64,000 bases of DNA from a virus (taxonomy: Duplodnaviria > Caudoviricetes), in IMG/VR virus record IMGVR_UViG_3300034410_000474, positions 1 through 64,000 of that record. One strand, given 5' to 3'. Within the stretch, counting starts at the first letter, position 1. Every line of letters starts with the position of its first letter. The position numbers and the translations under genes are program-made. Below the pieces are notes generated by a model, which was given only the letters and a program-made list of their open reading frames with translations, was not told the DNA's origin and did not search any database. Of this stretch, positions 1-10,308 are shown piece after piece.

Positions 1-3000
1 ATAATAACTTTACAATGTACAACTCAGGTGCAACTGGTATATTCTCTGCACTTTCATCTGGTGATTTTATTATTAATAATGATTCAACAACATATACAGT
101 TTCAGACAACACAGCTTTAGTTGGTTCAATTTCTAATAATAAATTACACGTCGATGGATCAATACAACTTAACGGTGCAAATGATGCAATCGTATTTGGT
201 AACGGTACTTCAACATTCTTAAAAGATGAAGAACTAGGATTTGGTTGGGGCGGCGGTCTTTATATGACTGAAGCCACTACAATGAAGATTCGTAACAACA
301 AAAATCTTTATACAACTGGAAATATTACTGGTACTCGTTTCTACGACACAGATGCTAACTACTATTTAGATCCAGCCGGCGATTCACAATTAAATACAAT
401 CGATATCGATGATTACATTAGACATCGTGGCGATACAAATACTTATATTGGATTTGACGCAAATGACAGATTTAGAATCTGGACTGGCGGAACACAAAGA
501 GTAAATATTGATAATAACTCTGCTGATTTCGGAGTTAACGTTTATGCTCCTCGTTATTATGATTCAAATAATAATAACTACTATGTAGATCCAGCCGAAG
601 ATTCAATCATGAATAGTATTATTCTCGATGATTGGATTTATCATAACGGAAATACAGACGCTTACTTTGGTTGGGCTGGTAATAACAACTTTAAAGTATA
701 TACAAACGGAACACAGCGTTTTAATATCGACGCTAACTCAGCAGACTTTGCAGTTAATGTATATGCTCCTCGTTATTATGATTCTAACGACAATCTATAT
801 TACGTAGATCCTGCATCTACTTCAAGAATGAATAATGTTACGTTTGGTATTCCAGGCAATGGTGCTAATACTAAAGGTCGTTACTTATCTATCGAAGGTA
901 ATACTGATTCAAGTGGAGAAGGTTCAGCTCGTATATTCTTTGCAGAACATAACTCATCAACTGCTTCACAAGACAAATATGGTATGGCTCTTGCATACCA
1001 AGGTGGGTCAGCAACAGTTAATAGTGTTACAGGTCAGCCAGTAACTCTAAACGGTTTATCAAACGGAACTTGGGGACTGATTGGACATAATAATAGTATC
1101 AACGGTGCTTGGGCAATGCGTGGTCCTAGAAGTGGTGACTATGTAGAAGCTCGTGGTTCATTCAGAGCTCCAATATTCTATGATTCAAATAACACTGCTT
1201 ATTACGGTGACTTTGCTTCAACATCTATAATGAATGTTGTAAGAGCTCATCAATACCAAATGGATGTATCTGGAAGATATATTGATTCACCATCTGGTAA
1301 CTACGGTACAATTAAAGTTGAAGGTGATACTGGTGGTTGGGCGGGTTACGCAATCAGAGATGATTGGGTCTTTATGTCTAATGGTACTGCTAACGCTGGT
1401 ATCTATAATGATACACGAAACGAATGGTCGTTGCAGGCGCAGGACAACAGCTGGACTCGATTGTATGCAAACGGTGTACATCAACTGTCTGCACAAAATG
1501 GATATGGTTATGCACCAACAAGCATGCGTTCACCAATATTCTATGATCACGATGATACAACTTACTTCGGTGATTTTGCATCTCGTTCTAAGCTTAAAAC
1601 TCTTGAGCTTGGTAATCAAGGTAACTTAACAGGTTCTGGTTCATATCCGCTTGGTATCTGGCACAATAACAGATATCTTGCAGGAATGAGAAATAGTGGT
1701 GCTGGTGCTAATTATCCTTGGTTGGTACATGATAATTATAACTTTAACCAAACTGGTTCTAAAGACGCATTCATTGTACACTTCAATGGAATAGGCGATA
1801 AGTTGTACTTAGATGAAGCTGGTAATATGCTTATTACTGGTGAGATGGCCGCATCAAACTATAACCTGAATGCTGGTAACGAAAACATCTCATTGAACCC
1901 ATCATATGGTGTTGGTAAAACAGAATTTAAATTATTCGACGGTGCTAAATACTGGGAAAAGAGAGCTATCCAAGCATTACAAGGTAATGAAGATTCTCCA
2001 ACTGGTACAACAGGTGAATATGTTAAATCAACCGATGCTCCAGCTCCAGCATCATATGTATTAAGAACTTCAGCATATAGAACATTCTATTCAGATTATA
2101 TTGAAGTACAACCTGGTGAAGAAGTTTACGGCGAAATGTACGTTAAACGAATTTCAGGATCAGGTGGATTATTCTATTATGGTATTGAAAGATTCGATAA
2201 AGACAAGAAACCAATTGCTGGTAATACTGGTACAACGTATTTTGTTGGTGGCGGTAATAACGTAACAAGTACTTCTTGGCAGAAGTTCTCAGGTTATACT
2301 ACTGTACCAACAACACATACTGTGTTTAGTGGATCAGATGGTCAAGGATGTAGATATGTAAGAATGAGAGTTCTTATGAACTACTCAGGTGGCGGTGCAT
2401 TAAGAGAATTCACTCCACCTATCTTAATGAGAACAAAGGTTCCATCAAGAATTCGTACAGATGAATCAGTTTACTCACCAATCTATTATGATTCAAATGA
2501 TACAAGTTATTATTTAGATCCAAACGCAACATCTAAACTAAGCACGGTCGATGCAAGTAACTTTAGAGATAGAGATAATACTGCAAGATTCATGAATCCA
2601 AACTCTGGCGGTAATGTTCAGGGTAATTGGAACTGGAATAACGGTTCTATTACTAAGCTAAACAATCTAACATTTAATGATCCTGGAGTTAATGAAGGTA
2701 TTAAGTGGGAAGGTGGTAGCTTATGGCAGATTTATGAATCACCAGATAACCAAACAAATGCTGCAGGTAATTTACAGTTTACTTCAGGTTCTGGTAATGG
2801 TACAAGAAGATTAACACTTAACGGATCAGGCGATGCTATTGCTGGTCGTTATATGGATGCATATAGATTCCGTGATAGAGATAATACTGGTTATTATGTA
2901 GAACCAGCCTCTACTTCTGTAATGGCAGAAATTTATGTCAACGATTACATACGTCATAATGGCGATACTAATACTTATCTAAGATTTCCTGGCAATGATG

Positions 3001-6000
3001 ATATGCAGCTTGTTGCTGGTGGTCGTCAAATGCTTAGAATGGCTGAAGGTACAAACCCTGATAGACTAAGATTTGTAACTGATTCTAACTGGACAGACTC
3101 TTCTGGTAACTGGGCAATGTCTGGTAACATTACAGTTTCTGGTATTGGTTATTCATTAGCAAGTGCTAGATCACCGATCTTCTACGATTATAACAATACA
3201 AATTACTATGGTGACTTTGCATCGACATCGAGAATGAATGTTATCAATGCAAATATGTATACCTTAAATGATGGTTGGGATATTTACGATGATAATGGTG
3301 AAACATTAAATATTCGTTCTAATAACTCTGACCACGGTTATATTATATTTAGAGATTCAAATAGTACAGATTGTGGTAGAATTGAATTCGACGATGATAA
3401 CTTCTTCGGTTTAAAAACACCTGCTAATGAGTGGGGTGTTTATATTGAAAATAATGCTCGAGTTTATACTTACTATAATGGTACTTGGGAAGAAAGAACA
3501 GCTCCAGGTTATATGGAAGCTCGTGGATCTTACCGTGCTCCAATATTCTATGATTCAAATGATACTGGATTCTATGCAAATCCAAATGCAACTTCAAGAT
3601 TCCGTGATTTAACAACACTTGGTGTAATTAACACACCAGGAGTTACAGGATATGCGGGAGCATTATTAAGAAGAGATAATAGAACTATTGAGCCAAATGA
3701 TGATCCAGCCGGACAATTAAAGTTTGGTTTCGGTTCTTGGAACAATAATAACACTGCTCCTTGGGCTGATTATTTACACTTAAGATCATACACAGATTCT
3801 TCCGGTGGATCAGATAACCTTCTTATGTTTAAGAAGTCTGGTCGTGGAATGCGTCTATATCAACAGTCTTGGAACTCAGGTTCAGTATATTCAGCATACT
3901 CTGACTTAGCTATCTATAACGCTAATCCAGGCGGTGGTTCAAATGCATACTTCTACGCAAGTAGATACTATGATTCAGATGATACTGGTTATTACTTAGA
4001 TCCAAATAGTAACTCACGTATTAAGCATCTTAAAGTTGCTGCTACAAGTGCTAATGCAAGATATGACTTTGCTGCTCTTGAAGTTAGAGAACTTAACCAT
4101 GCTGGTGCTCAAAGTGCTAATGCTCAAACTGCACCAAGAATTGGTTTCCACTGGGGTGGACGAGTTGCATCGCAAATTATGCTTGAAACAAATGGTGAGA
4201 TCCAGATTAGAAACAATCCTGGTACTGGCTATGAAGATTTCAGAGCACAAATTGGTTACTTCCAAGGTGATGTAAGAGCTCCTCGTTATTACGATTCAAA
4301 TAACACTGGCTATTACGGTGACTTTGCAAGTACATCGGTAATGAATACGATTGATAACCGTGGTGAAATCTATAATGATGGTTGGTTCCGTAACGATGTA
4401 AGTGGTCGTGGTCTTTATAATACTGCTACTGCAATGCATTGGTATTCAACTGGATCAAATGCTTGGAGAGCTTATTCTACAGCAAGTACTGTAAGAATTG
4501 ATATGCACACATCTGGTAATAACAGACGTGGTGCATTCTATGCAAATAACAGTAACGAAGTAGGTATTCTATCGCAAGATGACGGTTGGGCGTTACAAAC
4601 TACTAACTCTAAAGTAGATTCACATCATAACTTCTATGCTCCTATCATGTACGATAGAAATGATAGTAACTATTATGTAGATCCTAACGGTACATCTCGA
4701 ATGAACCAAGTTAGAGCTAACTACTTTACAAATGATGGCGGCGCAAGTTCAAACGATCTCTTTGGTTTATATTGGGATTCAGGTAGATCACAGGCATATG
4801 CAATCTTTAGAGAATCAGGTGGTTGGTCTTATCCATATCCTGATCTAAGAATTGCTTTCCATACTGGTATTAAGTTTGGTGCAAACGCTTCTTACCAAGG
4901 TATGCGTTTCTATACTGACTATAATATGTCTGGTCAGGTTATGTCGATTAACAACGGTTCTGATCCACTTGGTGGCGGTAACGTTTATGTTAACAATAAC
5001 CTACAAGCTGGTTCATCGTTAAGAGCTCCAATATTCTACGATTCAAATAACACTGGTTATTATTTCGACGGTGCGTCGGCTCACAGTACAAGATTTGAAG
5101 GTGTAAGTGCTAGAACAATGGCATACACTAACAAACCTGGTCATACAAGAAACTCTGGTGATTATTACAGATCGAGACCAAGACAAACTGGTGACAGTAA
5201 CTATTGGACTGGTGCTTCAGGTTGGGGACGTCAGGATATGAACGTCGTTGGTACTTGGGGTTCAGGCTTTATCGATTCTTGGTCAAACCCACCTAACCAG
5301 CCTTCAGGTACATCTCACTGGGTTGGTACTCAGGCTTATCACTATAGAAGTTCTAATACTTCTGGTTATGGTTGGCAAATGGTTGGTGGTCCAATTGAGA
5401 ACTTAAGATTCCGTTCTTCTTGGGCTGGTTGGAGATCTTGGAGAACAATTCCAATGCTTGGTGTTAACAATGGTAATGGAGCTGCAATGTATGCAAGCAT
5501 CTATTACGATTCAAATAACACTGGTTACTATTGTGATCCATCATCGTTCTCTAACTTTAATAGTGGTATGCGTGCTACTGAGATTTATGCTCGTAACTGG
5601 TTCCGTAATGATAACTCTCGTGAAGGTATGTATAACTCAGCTACTGGTTCTCATTCTTATTCCTATCAAGGACAGTACTGGGCAATAACCGGTAACAATA
5701 ACAGTTCATCTATGTCTCTACAACTTAGAGCGGCATATAACGGTACAATGTGTCGTTGGATGTATGGTGATAGAACTTGGTCTGGTGATCTTAACGCTGC
5801 TGGTCAATGGCAATTCCAAACTCGTCACACAGATGGTTACTCACCGTCTCTAAGATTCATTGAATCTGGTAACGAATCATGGACTGGTAACATTGGTAAC
5901 GATGCTGGTAAACTTGAATATCACTCAAACCGTTTCTATCTAGAAGCTGGTGGTAACTCAAACAGAATCGTTCAGTTTAGACGTAATGGTTCTAACAGAT

Positions 6001-6446
6001 CATATATTGATAACAACGGTCTTTATGTCGGTACTGCTACTTCAGCTCGCTGGGCTGACCTTGCGGAAAGATATACCGCTGATGCAATCTATGAAAATGC
6101 AACTGTTATGGGTATTAACATTGATGGTGATTCTGAAGTTACTAAGTGGGAAAAGGGAATGCCTTTAGCAGGTGTTATCTCTACTAATCCAGCTGTTCAA
6201 ATGAACGATATGGGTATTAAACCAGGAAGTAATTCTAAGAAAGCTAAAATGAATCCATTCATTGCTCTTAAAGGACGTATTCCAGTCTTAGTAGTTGGCG
6301 ATGTTAAGAAAGGCCAATGGGTAATTCCAGCTGGTGATGGTAAAGGTAAAGGCGTAGACTACGGAACTCCTGGTATAAATAGTTATGATATAATTGGTAT
6401 TGCAGTTGGCAATAGTGAAAATGGTGAAGTAGAGGTTAAAGTATAA
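1..6446 (+). CDS. Long modular tail fibre / receptor-binding protein (5' end probably outside the window)
   Basis: 2143-aa G/N/S/Y-rich ORF from 15, but the frame is open back to the window edge. About 15 copies of an (A/S)P(I/R)(F/Y)YD.NNT.YY.DP.S.S spacer. C-terminal SARWADLAERY...GVISTNPA...IALKGRIPV resembles the auto-cleaving chaperone domains of phage fibres. Confidence 0.8.
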   Translation, partial: NNFTMYNSGATGIFSALSSGDFIINNDSTTYTVSDNTALVGSISNNKLHVDGSIQLNGANDAIVFGNGTSTFLKDEELGFGWGGGLYMTEATTMKIRNNKNLYTTGNITGTRFYDTDANYYLDPAGDSQLNTIDIDDYIRHRGDTNTYIGFDANDRFRIWTGGTQRVNIDNNSADFGVNVYAPRYYDSNNNNYYVDPAEDSIMNSIILDDWIYHNGNTDAYFGWAGNNNFKVYTNGTQRFNIDANSADFAVNVYAPRYYDSNDNLYYVDPASTSRMNNVTFGIPGNGANTKGRYLSIEGNTDSSGEGSARIFFAEHNSSTASQDKYGMALAYQGGSATVNSVTGQPVTLNGLSNGTWGLIGHNNSINGAWAMRGPRSGDYVEARGSFRAPIFYDSNNTAYYGDFASTSIMNVVRAHQYQMDVSGRYIDSPSGNYGTIKVEGDTGGWAGYAIRDDWVFMSNGTANAGIYNDTRNEWSLQAQDNSWTRLYANGVHQLSAQNGYGYAPTSMRSPIFYDHDDTTYFGDFASRSKLKTLELGNQGNLTGSGSYPLGIWHNNRYLAGMRNSGAGANYPWLVHDNYNFNQTGSKDAFIVHFNGIGDKLYLDEAGNMLITGEMAASNYNLNAGNENISLNPSYGVGKTEFKLFDGAKYWEKRAIQALQGNEDSPTGTTGEYVKSTDAPAPASYVLRTSAYRTFYSDYIEVQPGEEVYGEMYVKRISGSGGLFYYGIERFDKDKKPIAGNTGTTYFVGGGNNVTSTSWQKFSGYTTVPTTHTVFSGSDGQGCRYVRMRVLMNYSGGGALREFTPPILMRTKVPSRIRTDESVYSPIYYDSNDTSYYLDPNATSKLSTVDASNFRDRDNTARFMNPNSGGNVQGNWNWNNGSITKLNNLTFNDPGVNEGIKWEGGSLWQIYESPDNQTNAAGNLQFTSGSGNGTRRLTLNGSGDAIAGRYMDAYRFRDRDNTGYYVEPASTSVMAEIYVNDYIRHNGDTNTYLRFPGNDDMQLVAGGRQMLRMAEGTNPDRLRFVTDSNWTDSSGNWAMSGNITVSGIGYSLASARSPIFYDYNNTNYYGDFASTSRMNVINANMYTLNDGWDIYDDNGETLNIRSNNSDHGYIIFRDSNSTDCGRIEFDDDNFFGLKTPANEWGVYIENNARVYTYYNGTWEERTAPGYMEARGSYRAPIFYDSNDTGFYANPNATSRFRDLTTLGVINTPGVTGYAGALLRRDNRTIEPNDDPAGQLKFGFGSWNNNNTAPWADYLHLRSYTDSSGGSDNLLMFKKSGRGMRLYQQSWNSGSVYSAYSDLAIYNANPGGGSNAYFYASRYYDSDDTGYYLDPNSNSRIKHLKVAATSANARYDFAALEVRELNHAGAQSANAQTAPRIGFHWGGRVASQIMLETNGEIQIRNNPGTGYEDFRAQIGYFQGDVRAPRYYDSNNTGYYGDFASTSVMNTIDNRGEIYNDGWFRNDVSGRGLYNTATAMHWYSTGSNAWRAYSTASTVRIDMHTSGNNRRGAFYANNSNEVGILSQDDGWALQTTNSKVDSHHNFYAPIMYDRNDSNYYVDPNGTSRMNQVRANYFTNDGGASSNDLFGLYWDSGRSQAYAIFRESGGWSYPYPDLRIAFHTGIKFGANASYQGMRFYTDYNMSGQVMSINNGSDPLGGGNVYVNNNLQAGSSLRAPIFYDSNNTGYYFDGASAHSTRFEGVSARTMAYTNKPGHTRNSGDYYRSRPRQTGDSNYWTGASGWGRQDMNVVGTWGSGFIDSWSNPPNQPSGTSHWVGTQAYHYRSSNTSGYGWQMVGGPIENLRFRSSWAGWRSWRTIPMLGVNNGNGAAMYASIYYDSNNTGYYCDPSSFSNFNSGMRATEIYARNWFRNDNSREGMYNSATGSHSYSYQGQYWAITGNNNSSSMSLQLRAAYNGTMCRWMYGDRTWSGDLNAAGQWQFQTRHTDGYSPSLRFIESGNESWTGNIGNDAGKLEYHSNRFYLEAGGNSNRIVQFRRNGSNRSYIDNNGLYVGTATSARWADLAERYTADAIYENATVMGINIDGDSEVTKWEKGMPLAGVISTNPAVQMNDMGIKPGSNSKKAKMNPFIALKGRIPVLVVGDVKKGQWVIPAGDGKGKGVDYGTPGINSYDIIGIAVGNSENGEVEVKV

Positions 6447-6447
6447 G

Positions 6448-6825
6448 ATGGCATCATATGCAACATTGAATAATAATATGCAAACACAGTGCGGGCGTCA
6501 GCTTCGTACGTTTGATAGGACTATGCTATTGAGAGTAAACGTTTACGTTCGTGGAACTGGTGTAACGAGTTATACTTCAGGCGGAAACTATTATCATAGA
6601 TTTGAATATGTAAACGCTTCATATTCTGTGTATAGTAATTATTTGTATAGTAGAATTTATACTGGTCAGTTAATTTATGACCAGGATGTTCAAGCATCTA
6701 TTACAAGTGTTGTAAGAAGAACAGTAGATTTAATCGAAGGCAGAATGAGTAATAGAACGGTTAACGCTTATCTATGCCATGCAAGTTGCCATTCTTCATG
6801 CCATTCATCGAGAGGTAGACGCTAA
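6448..6825 (+). CDS. Cys/His-repeat protein 1 (C-terminal CHASCHSSCHSSRGRR); candidate radical-SAM substrate or fibre-associated protein
   Basis: Starts 1 nt after the fibre stop, with GAGG SD upstream; clear paralog of 6825..7208. The function is inferred. Confidence 0.75.
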   Translation: MASYATLNNNMQTQCGRQLRTFDRTMLLRVNVYVRGTGVTSYTSGGNYYHRFEYVNASYSVYSNYLYSRIYTGQLIYDQDVQASITSVVRRTVDLIEGRMSNRTVNAYLCHASCHSSCHSSRGRR

Positions 6826-7208
6826 TGACTATGGATAGAGGTGACGTCAACTCGTGGGTTCAAAGCTACGGTGGAGGTCAATTAAGAACATTTGATAAAA
6901 CTGTAAGGTGGAGAGTTAATGCATATGTTAGAGCTACGAGTGGAGCTTGGAGTTATACAACAGGTGCTAACTATTACCATAGGTTTGAATATGTGAATGC
7001 TTCAAATAGCATATATAATAACTATGTAGATAGCGGTATTAATTCGGGTAACATTATTTACCCACAAGATATTGTTGATACTATGGAAGATTTAACAAGG
7101 AGAACTGTAGACGTGATAGAAGGTAGAATTAGTAATCGTACAACGAATGCTTACTTCTGCCATGCGAGTTGTCACTCCAGTTGCCATTCATCGAGAGGTA
7201 GACGCTAA
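6825..7208 (+). CDS. Cys/His-repeat protein 2 (paralog; identical C-terminal 16 aa)
   Basis: TAATG overlap with the previous gene; shares QLRTFD, NYYHRFEYVNAS, RRTVD.IEGR.SNRT.NAY and CHASCHSSCHSSRGRR. Confidence 0.75.
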   Translation: MTMDRGDVNSWVQSYGGGQLRTFDKTVRWRVNAYVRATSGAWSYTTGANYYHRFEYVNASNSIYNNYVDSGINSGNIIYPQDIVDTMEDLTRRTVDVIEGRISNRTTNAYFCHASCHSSCHSSRGRR

Positions 7209-8383
7209 TGTCAATGCAAAAATCATACTGTAGACAAATGAAATATTCAGGGCCGGATATGCTTCCACCTTCGAATGCATATAAGTATGATATTCTAATT
7301 CAAATGGAAGTATTGTCTGGATGCGAACAAGCTTGTCTAGGTTGCTTTGTAGATAAGAATATTGATGCATCGATGAATCAACAAATTATTGATAGAGCAA
7401 AAGAATTAGCCGATGGCGTTAAACGTACTGGCATGAATCTAAGAGAATTTGTTATAGGTCCAACCGATATATTTAGTGCAAGCAATACTGAAAGAGTTTT
7501 AAATAACCCAGTTGTACATGATATTATGCGAGAACATGAACATGCTCGTATCGCTGCTCCTGCAAAGTTTGATGTAGCAACTATGGAACGTGTACAAGAA
7601 ATATTTGATATTCTTGATGACGAAGATAAATTTAGACGTGAAATGATTATCGAATTTATTATGCCAATTGGTAAAATAGATCAAATGCTTAATGATATAG
7701 TTTATCACCAAGAAGTAATGCGCAAAGTTAAATTTTTTAAAGAGAATACACCAAAGCAAATGGATTGGTCTTGGACGTTACAAGCATCTAATGTTGTTGG
7801 TAAGAAAATAGATAAAGAAACATATAACAAAATTCTAAAACGTTCAGTAAGAGATTACGAAACAATCGTTGAAATGAACCCTGCATTCTCAAGAGCTCGT
7901 AATCAGTTAATTCAACGTAGTAATTTAATGGGTTGGAATAATTGGCTAGGTAACGTTATTGATGAAGATAATCATAACGAAGCTGTTATGTCAATGGCTA
8001 ATCTATATTGTAACTCAATTAACTTTATGGGAATAACAATTGTTCCTGGTAAAGATGGACCAACAACACACCTTAATGTAAACTTATATGAACAAGCATT
8101 TTTCCTTGAAAACAAAAATCTCGATGTTACAGGTTTAACGTTTGAAGAGATTTTAGATAGAAAAGACGAATTAGCAACTAAAGGAATAAATAAGTCTACT
8201 CAGGTAAAAGATTGTAATGGCTGCGAATATGCAGTAGCTTGCGCAAACAGATTAATATTCGAGGCACAAGATACATTAAATATTAATGGTTGTGTTCTTA
8301 ACAAAGATGTATTAGATCATTATAACCCGTACGATTTTACGTGGAATGATGATGCACTTAAAAAATTAGGAGAGGCTTCATGA
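7208..8383 (+). CDS. Radical SAM protein 1 (atypical, with C-terminal Cys cluster)
   Basis: CEQACLGC (CxxxCxxC); GPTD in place of GGEP; C-terminal CNGCEYAVAC...GC. Confidence 0.8.
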   Translation: MSMQKSYCRQMKYSGPDMLPPSNAYKYDILIQMEVLSGCEQACLGCFVDKNIDASMNQQIIDRAKELADGVKRTGMNLREFVIGPTDIFSASNTERVLNNPVVHDIMREHEHARIAAPAKFDVATMERVQEIFDILDDEDKFRREMIIEFIMPIGKIDQMLNDIVYHQEVMRKVKFFKENTPKQMDWSWTLQASNVVGKKIDKETYNKILKRSVRDYETIVEMNPAFSRARNQLIQRSNLMGWNNWLGNVIDEDNHNEAVMSMANLYCNSINFMGITIVPGKDGPTTHLNVNLYEQAFFLENKNLDVTGLTFEEILDRKDELATKGINKSTQVKDCNGCEYAVACANRLIFEAQDTLNINGCVLNKDVLDHYNPYDFTWNDDALKKLGEAS

Positions 8384-9474
8384 TTGGCCAAAGTTTATAT
8401 TACTTAAATAACAAAAAATATATTACCAATGTAACAAACGCTGGTACAATTGTTGATGAAATGAATAATTTTTATCATACAAAAGAACCTCGTCCTATTA
8501 AAGTAGTTCATCCATCAATGGAAGATACACAGCTTTTTGCAAGTCAAATGATGGTAGAGGCAGAAGCTAAAAGAACAGGAGTTACAGATTTATTTACTTT
8601 CCACAACTGGGAAGACGCAAATACAGTAAGTTTTATTGAAGATAACGAAAAATGTATTATTGCATATACAGATGAAAGTGATATGTTGCATGTCTTTGCA
8701 AGATATACCGCTGGTTTATTATATGCATCACAATTTTATGCTGACACAGAACATCAGGTTGATGCTATTGCTGCTCATTTTATTGAGAAAGTTGTAGAAT
8801 CTGATACTCTTTTAACTATTATGACTACATCAGATAGTTTAACTGACGCAAGAAATTATTGTACAACAGTATTATCAAACGCAGATACTCCAAGATATAA
8901 TGTTGCATATCAAAACGGTAAAAACTTTAGTTACGATTTATTATTCTTTTTACACGAACATTATCCATGTACAGCTGTAGCTAATCTTATAATTGAGAAA
9001 TTTACTGTTCATTCTAGCGAAATTGTTAAAGATGTTATGGAACAATTTACAGCACAACGTAGAGATATGGCTTATATCATATCAGTAATCGATTGGATGA
9101 ATACTAATGCAACAGACGCTAATGAATACACTACTGATAAAACTGCATTTATTAATAAAGTATTTGTAACTCCACATGTAAATGGAAATTGGACAGTTCC
9201 TTTCTATGCATTAAACGAGTTATGGGATAAAGTAAAAGACGATGCAGCATTTATAGCTGCACATACGAGTAAAACAAATCCAATCGGTGGTTGGGAATAT
9301 AATGATCAATATAATGAGATCAATCATTTAATACCTACAGTGAAAAAGGTATTAGAAAGAACTTGGAATGCCGATAATCTTACTGCTGAGCTTAAATTAC
9401 TAGATACTGATGTTCAATTCTTTTCGAGAAGGCAAAATAGGATTCCGTATCTAATACATAAATATACATTATAA
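8380..9474 (+). CDS. Hypothetical protein in the radical-SAM locus
   Basis: 364-aa ORF with ATGA overlap to rSAM1; no recognisable motif. Confidence 0.7.
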   Translation: MIGQSLYYLNNKKYITNVTNAGTIVDEMNNFYHTKEPRPIKVVHPSMEDTQLFASQMMVEAEAKRTGVTDLFTFHNWEDANTVSFIEDNEKCIIAYTDESDMLHVFARYTAGLLYASQFYADTEHQVDAIAAHFIEKVVESDTLLTIMTTSDSLTDARNYCTTVLSNADTPRYNVAYQNGKNFSYDLLFFLHEHYPCTAVANLIIEKFTVHSSEIVKDVMEQFTAQRRDMAYIISVIDWMNTNATDANEYTTDKTAFINKVFVTPHVNGNWTVPFYALNELWDKVKDDAAFIAAHTSKTNPIGGWEYNDQYNEINHLIPTVKKVLERTWNADNLTAELKLLDTDVQFFSRRQNRIPYLIHKYTL

Positions 9475-9492
9475 TATAGAGGTGATTATATA

Positions 9493-10302
9493 ATGAGTGA
9501 AAAAGAAAAACTAGACAATGAAGAAATGATTGATATGGAGCTTACTGATATTTCTCAGTTAAAATGTTATACGCTTCCATTATCGCCACAAGATCTCGTT
9601 GCAATTTATAAAGAAAAGGGTGAAGACTCAGAAGACGAATATGTCTTGTGGGTAAATTATGCCGATTCAAGATTAAAATTATCTCCTCAACATATTCTAA
9701 TTTATCTCGCAAATACTAATTTCAATACAACATTTTCTGCTATTGACGATGATCTGCTTATTGAATATATTAAAACAGATTTCTTAGTTAACGCGCCTCT
9801 TCTTTCTCGTATTCTTACTAATATTATTAAAACAAAGTTTGGACATCCATTAGCTCCATTAGAAAAAGAGTTATATAATATATTTGATGAAGAACGTATT
9901 ATTAACTTTATTAAGAACAATGGTGAATTGCTTGACGAAGTTGTAGAAAGCATTGCATCAGTAATTCCATTTAGTCTTGTAAAATTAAATGAAAACTTGT
10001 CAGAAGAAAACCAAGCAAAAGAAGTAGAACTGCAGGAAACATTATCAGAAATTAAAGTAGTTGATACAAAAACAAATTGTGGACCAAACGTTGCAATGAT
10101 GATTAAAGCAACTTGGGATGTGTTTCTTGTCATTACACATTATCGTGGATTAAGCTTAGAATATAATAAGAATCTTTATAACGATACTCCGAAGTATTAT
10201 GGTAAAGACTTATTCTACGTTTTAAATCATTCTAATATTGTTAATAACATATTAGACTTTTTCCCACCAGGATACTTCATAACAATCGATAAAGAAGAAT
10301 AA
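9493..10302 (+). CDS. Hypothetical acidic protein in the radical-SAM locus
   Basis: 269-aa ORF with GAGGTG SD; no recognisable motif. Confidence 0.7.
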   Translation: MSEKEKLDNEEMIDMELTDISQLKCYTLPLSPQDLVAIYKEKGEDSEDEYVLWVNYADSRLKLSPQHILIYLANTNFNTTFSAIDDDLLIEYIKTDFLVNAPLLSRILTNIIKTKFGHPLAPLEKELYNIFDEERIINFIKNNGELLDEVVESIASVIPFSLVKLNENLSEENQAKEVELQETLSEIKVVDTKTNCGPNVAMMIKATWDVFLVITHYRGLSLEYNKNLYNDTPKYYGKDLFYVLNHSNIVNNILDFFPPGYFITIDKEE

Positions 10303-10308
10303 TCTTCA

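Noticed and set aside
835-4275. Short alternative-frame and antisense ORFs within the tail-fibre gene
   Set aside because: Shadow ORFs of a long biased-codon gene, with no SD or motifs.
6775-7205. CHASCH/CHSSCH as c-type haem-binding motifs
   Set aside because: The spacing is CX3CH rather than CXXCH, there is no signal peptide, and no cytochrome c maturation genes are visible.
6448-7208. Paralogous 3' ends as the TR/VR pair of a diversity-generating retroelement
   Set aside because: No reverse transcriptase in the window; differences are synonymous rather than adenine-specific, and both copies are intact genes.
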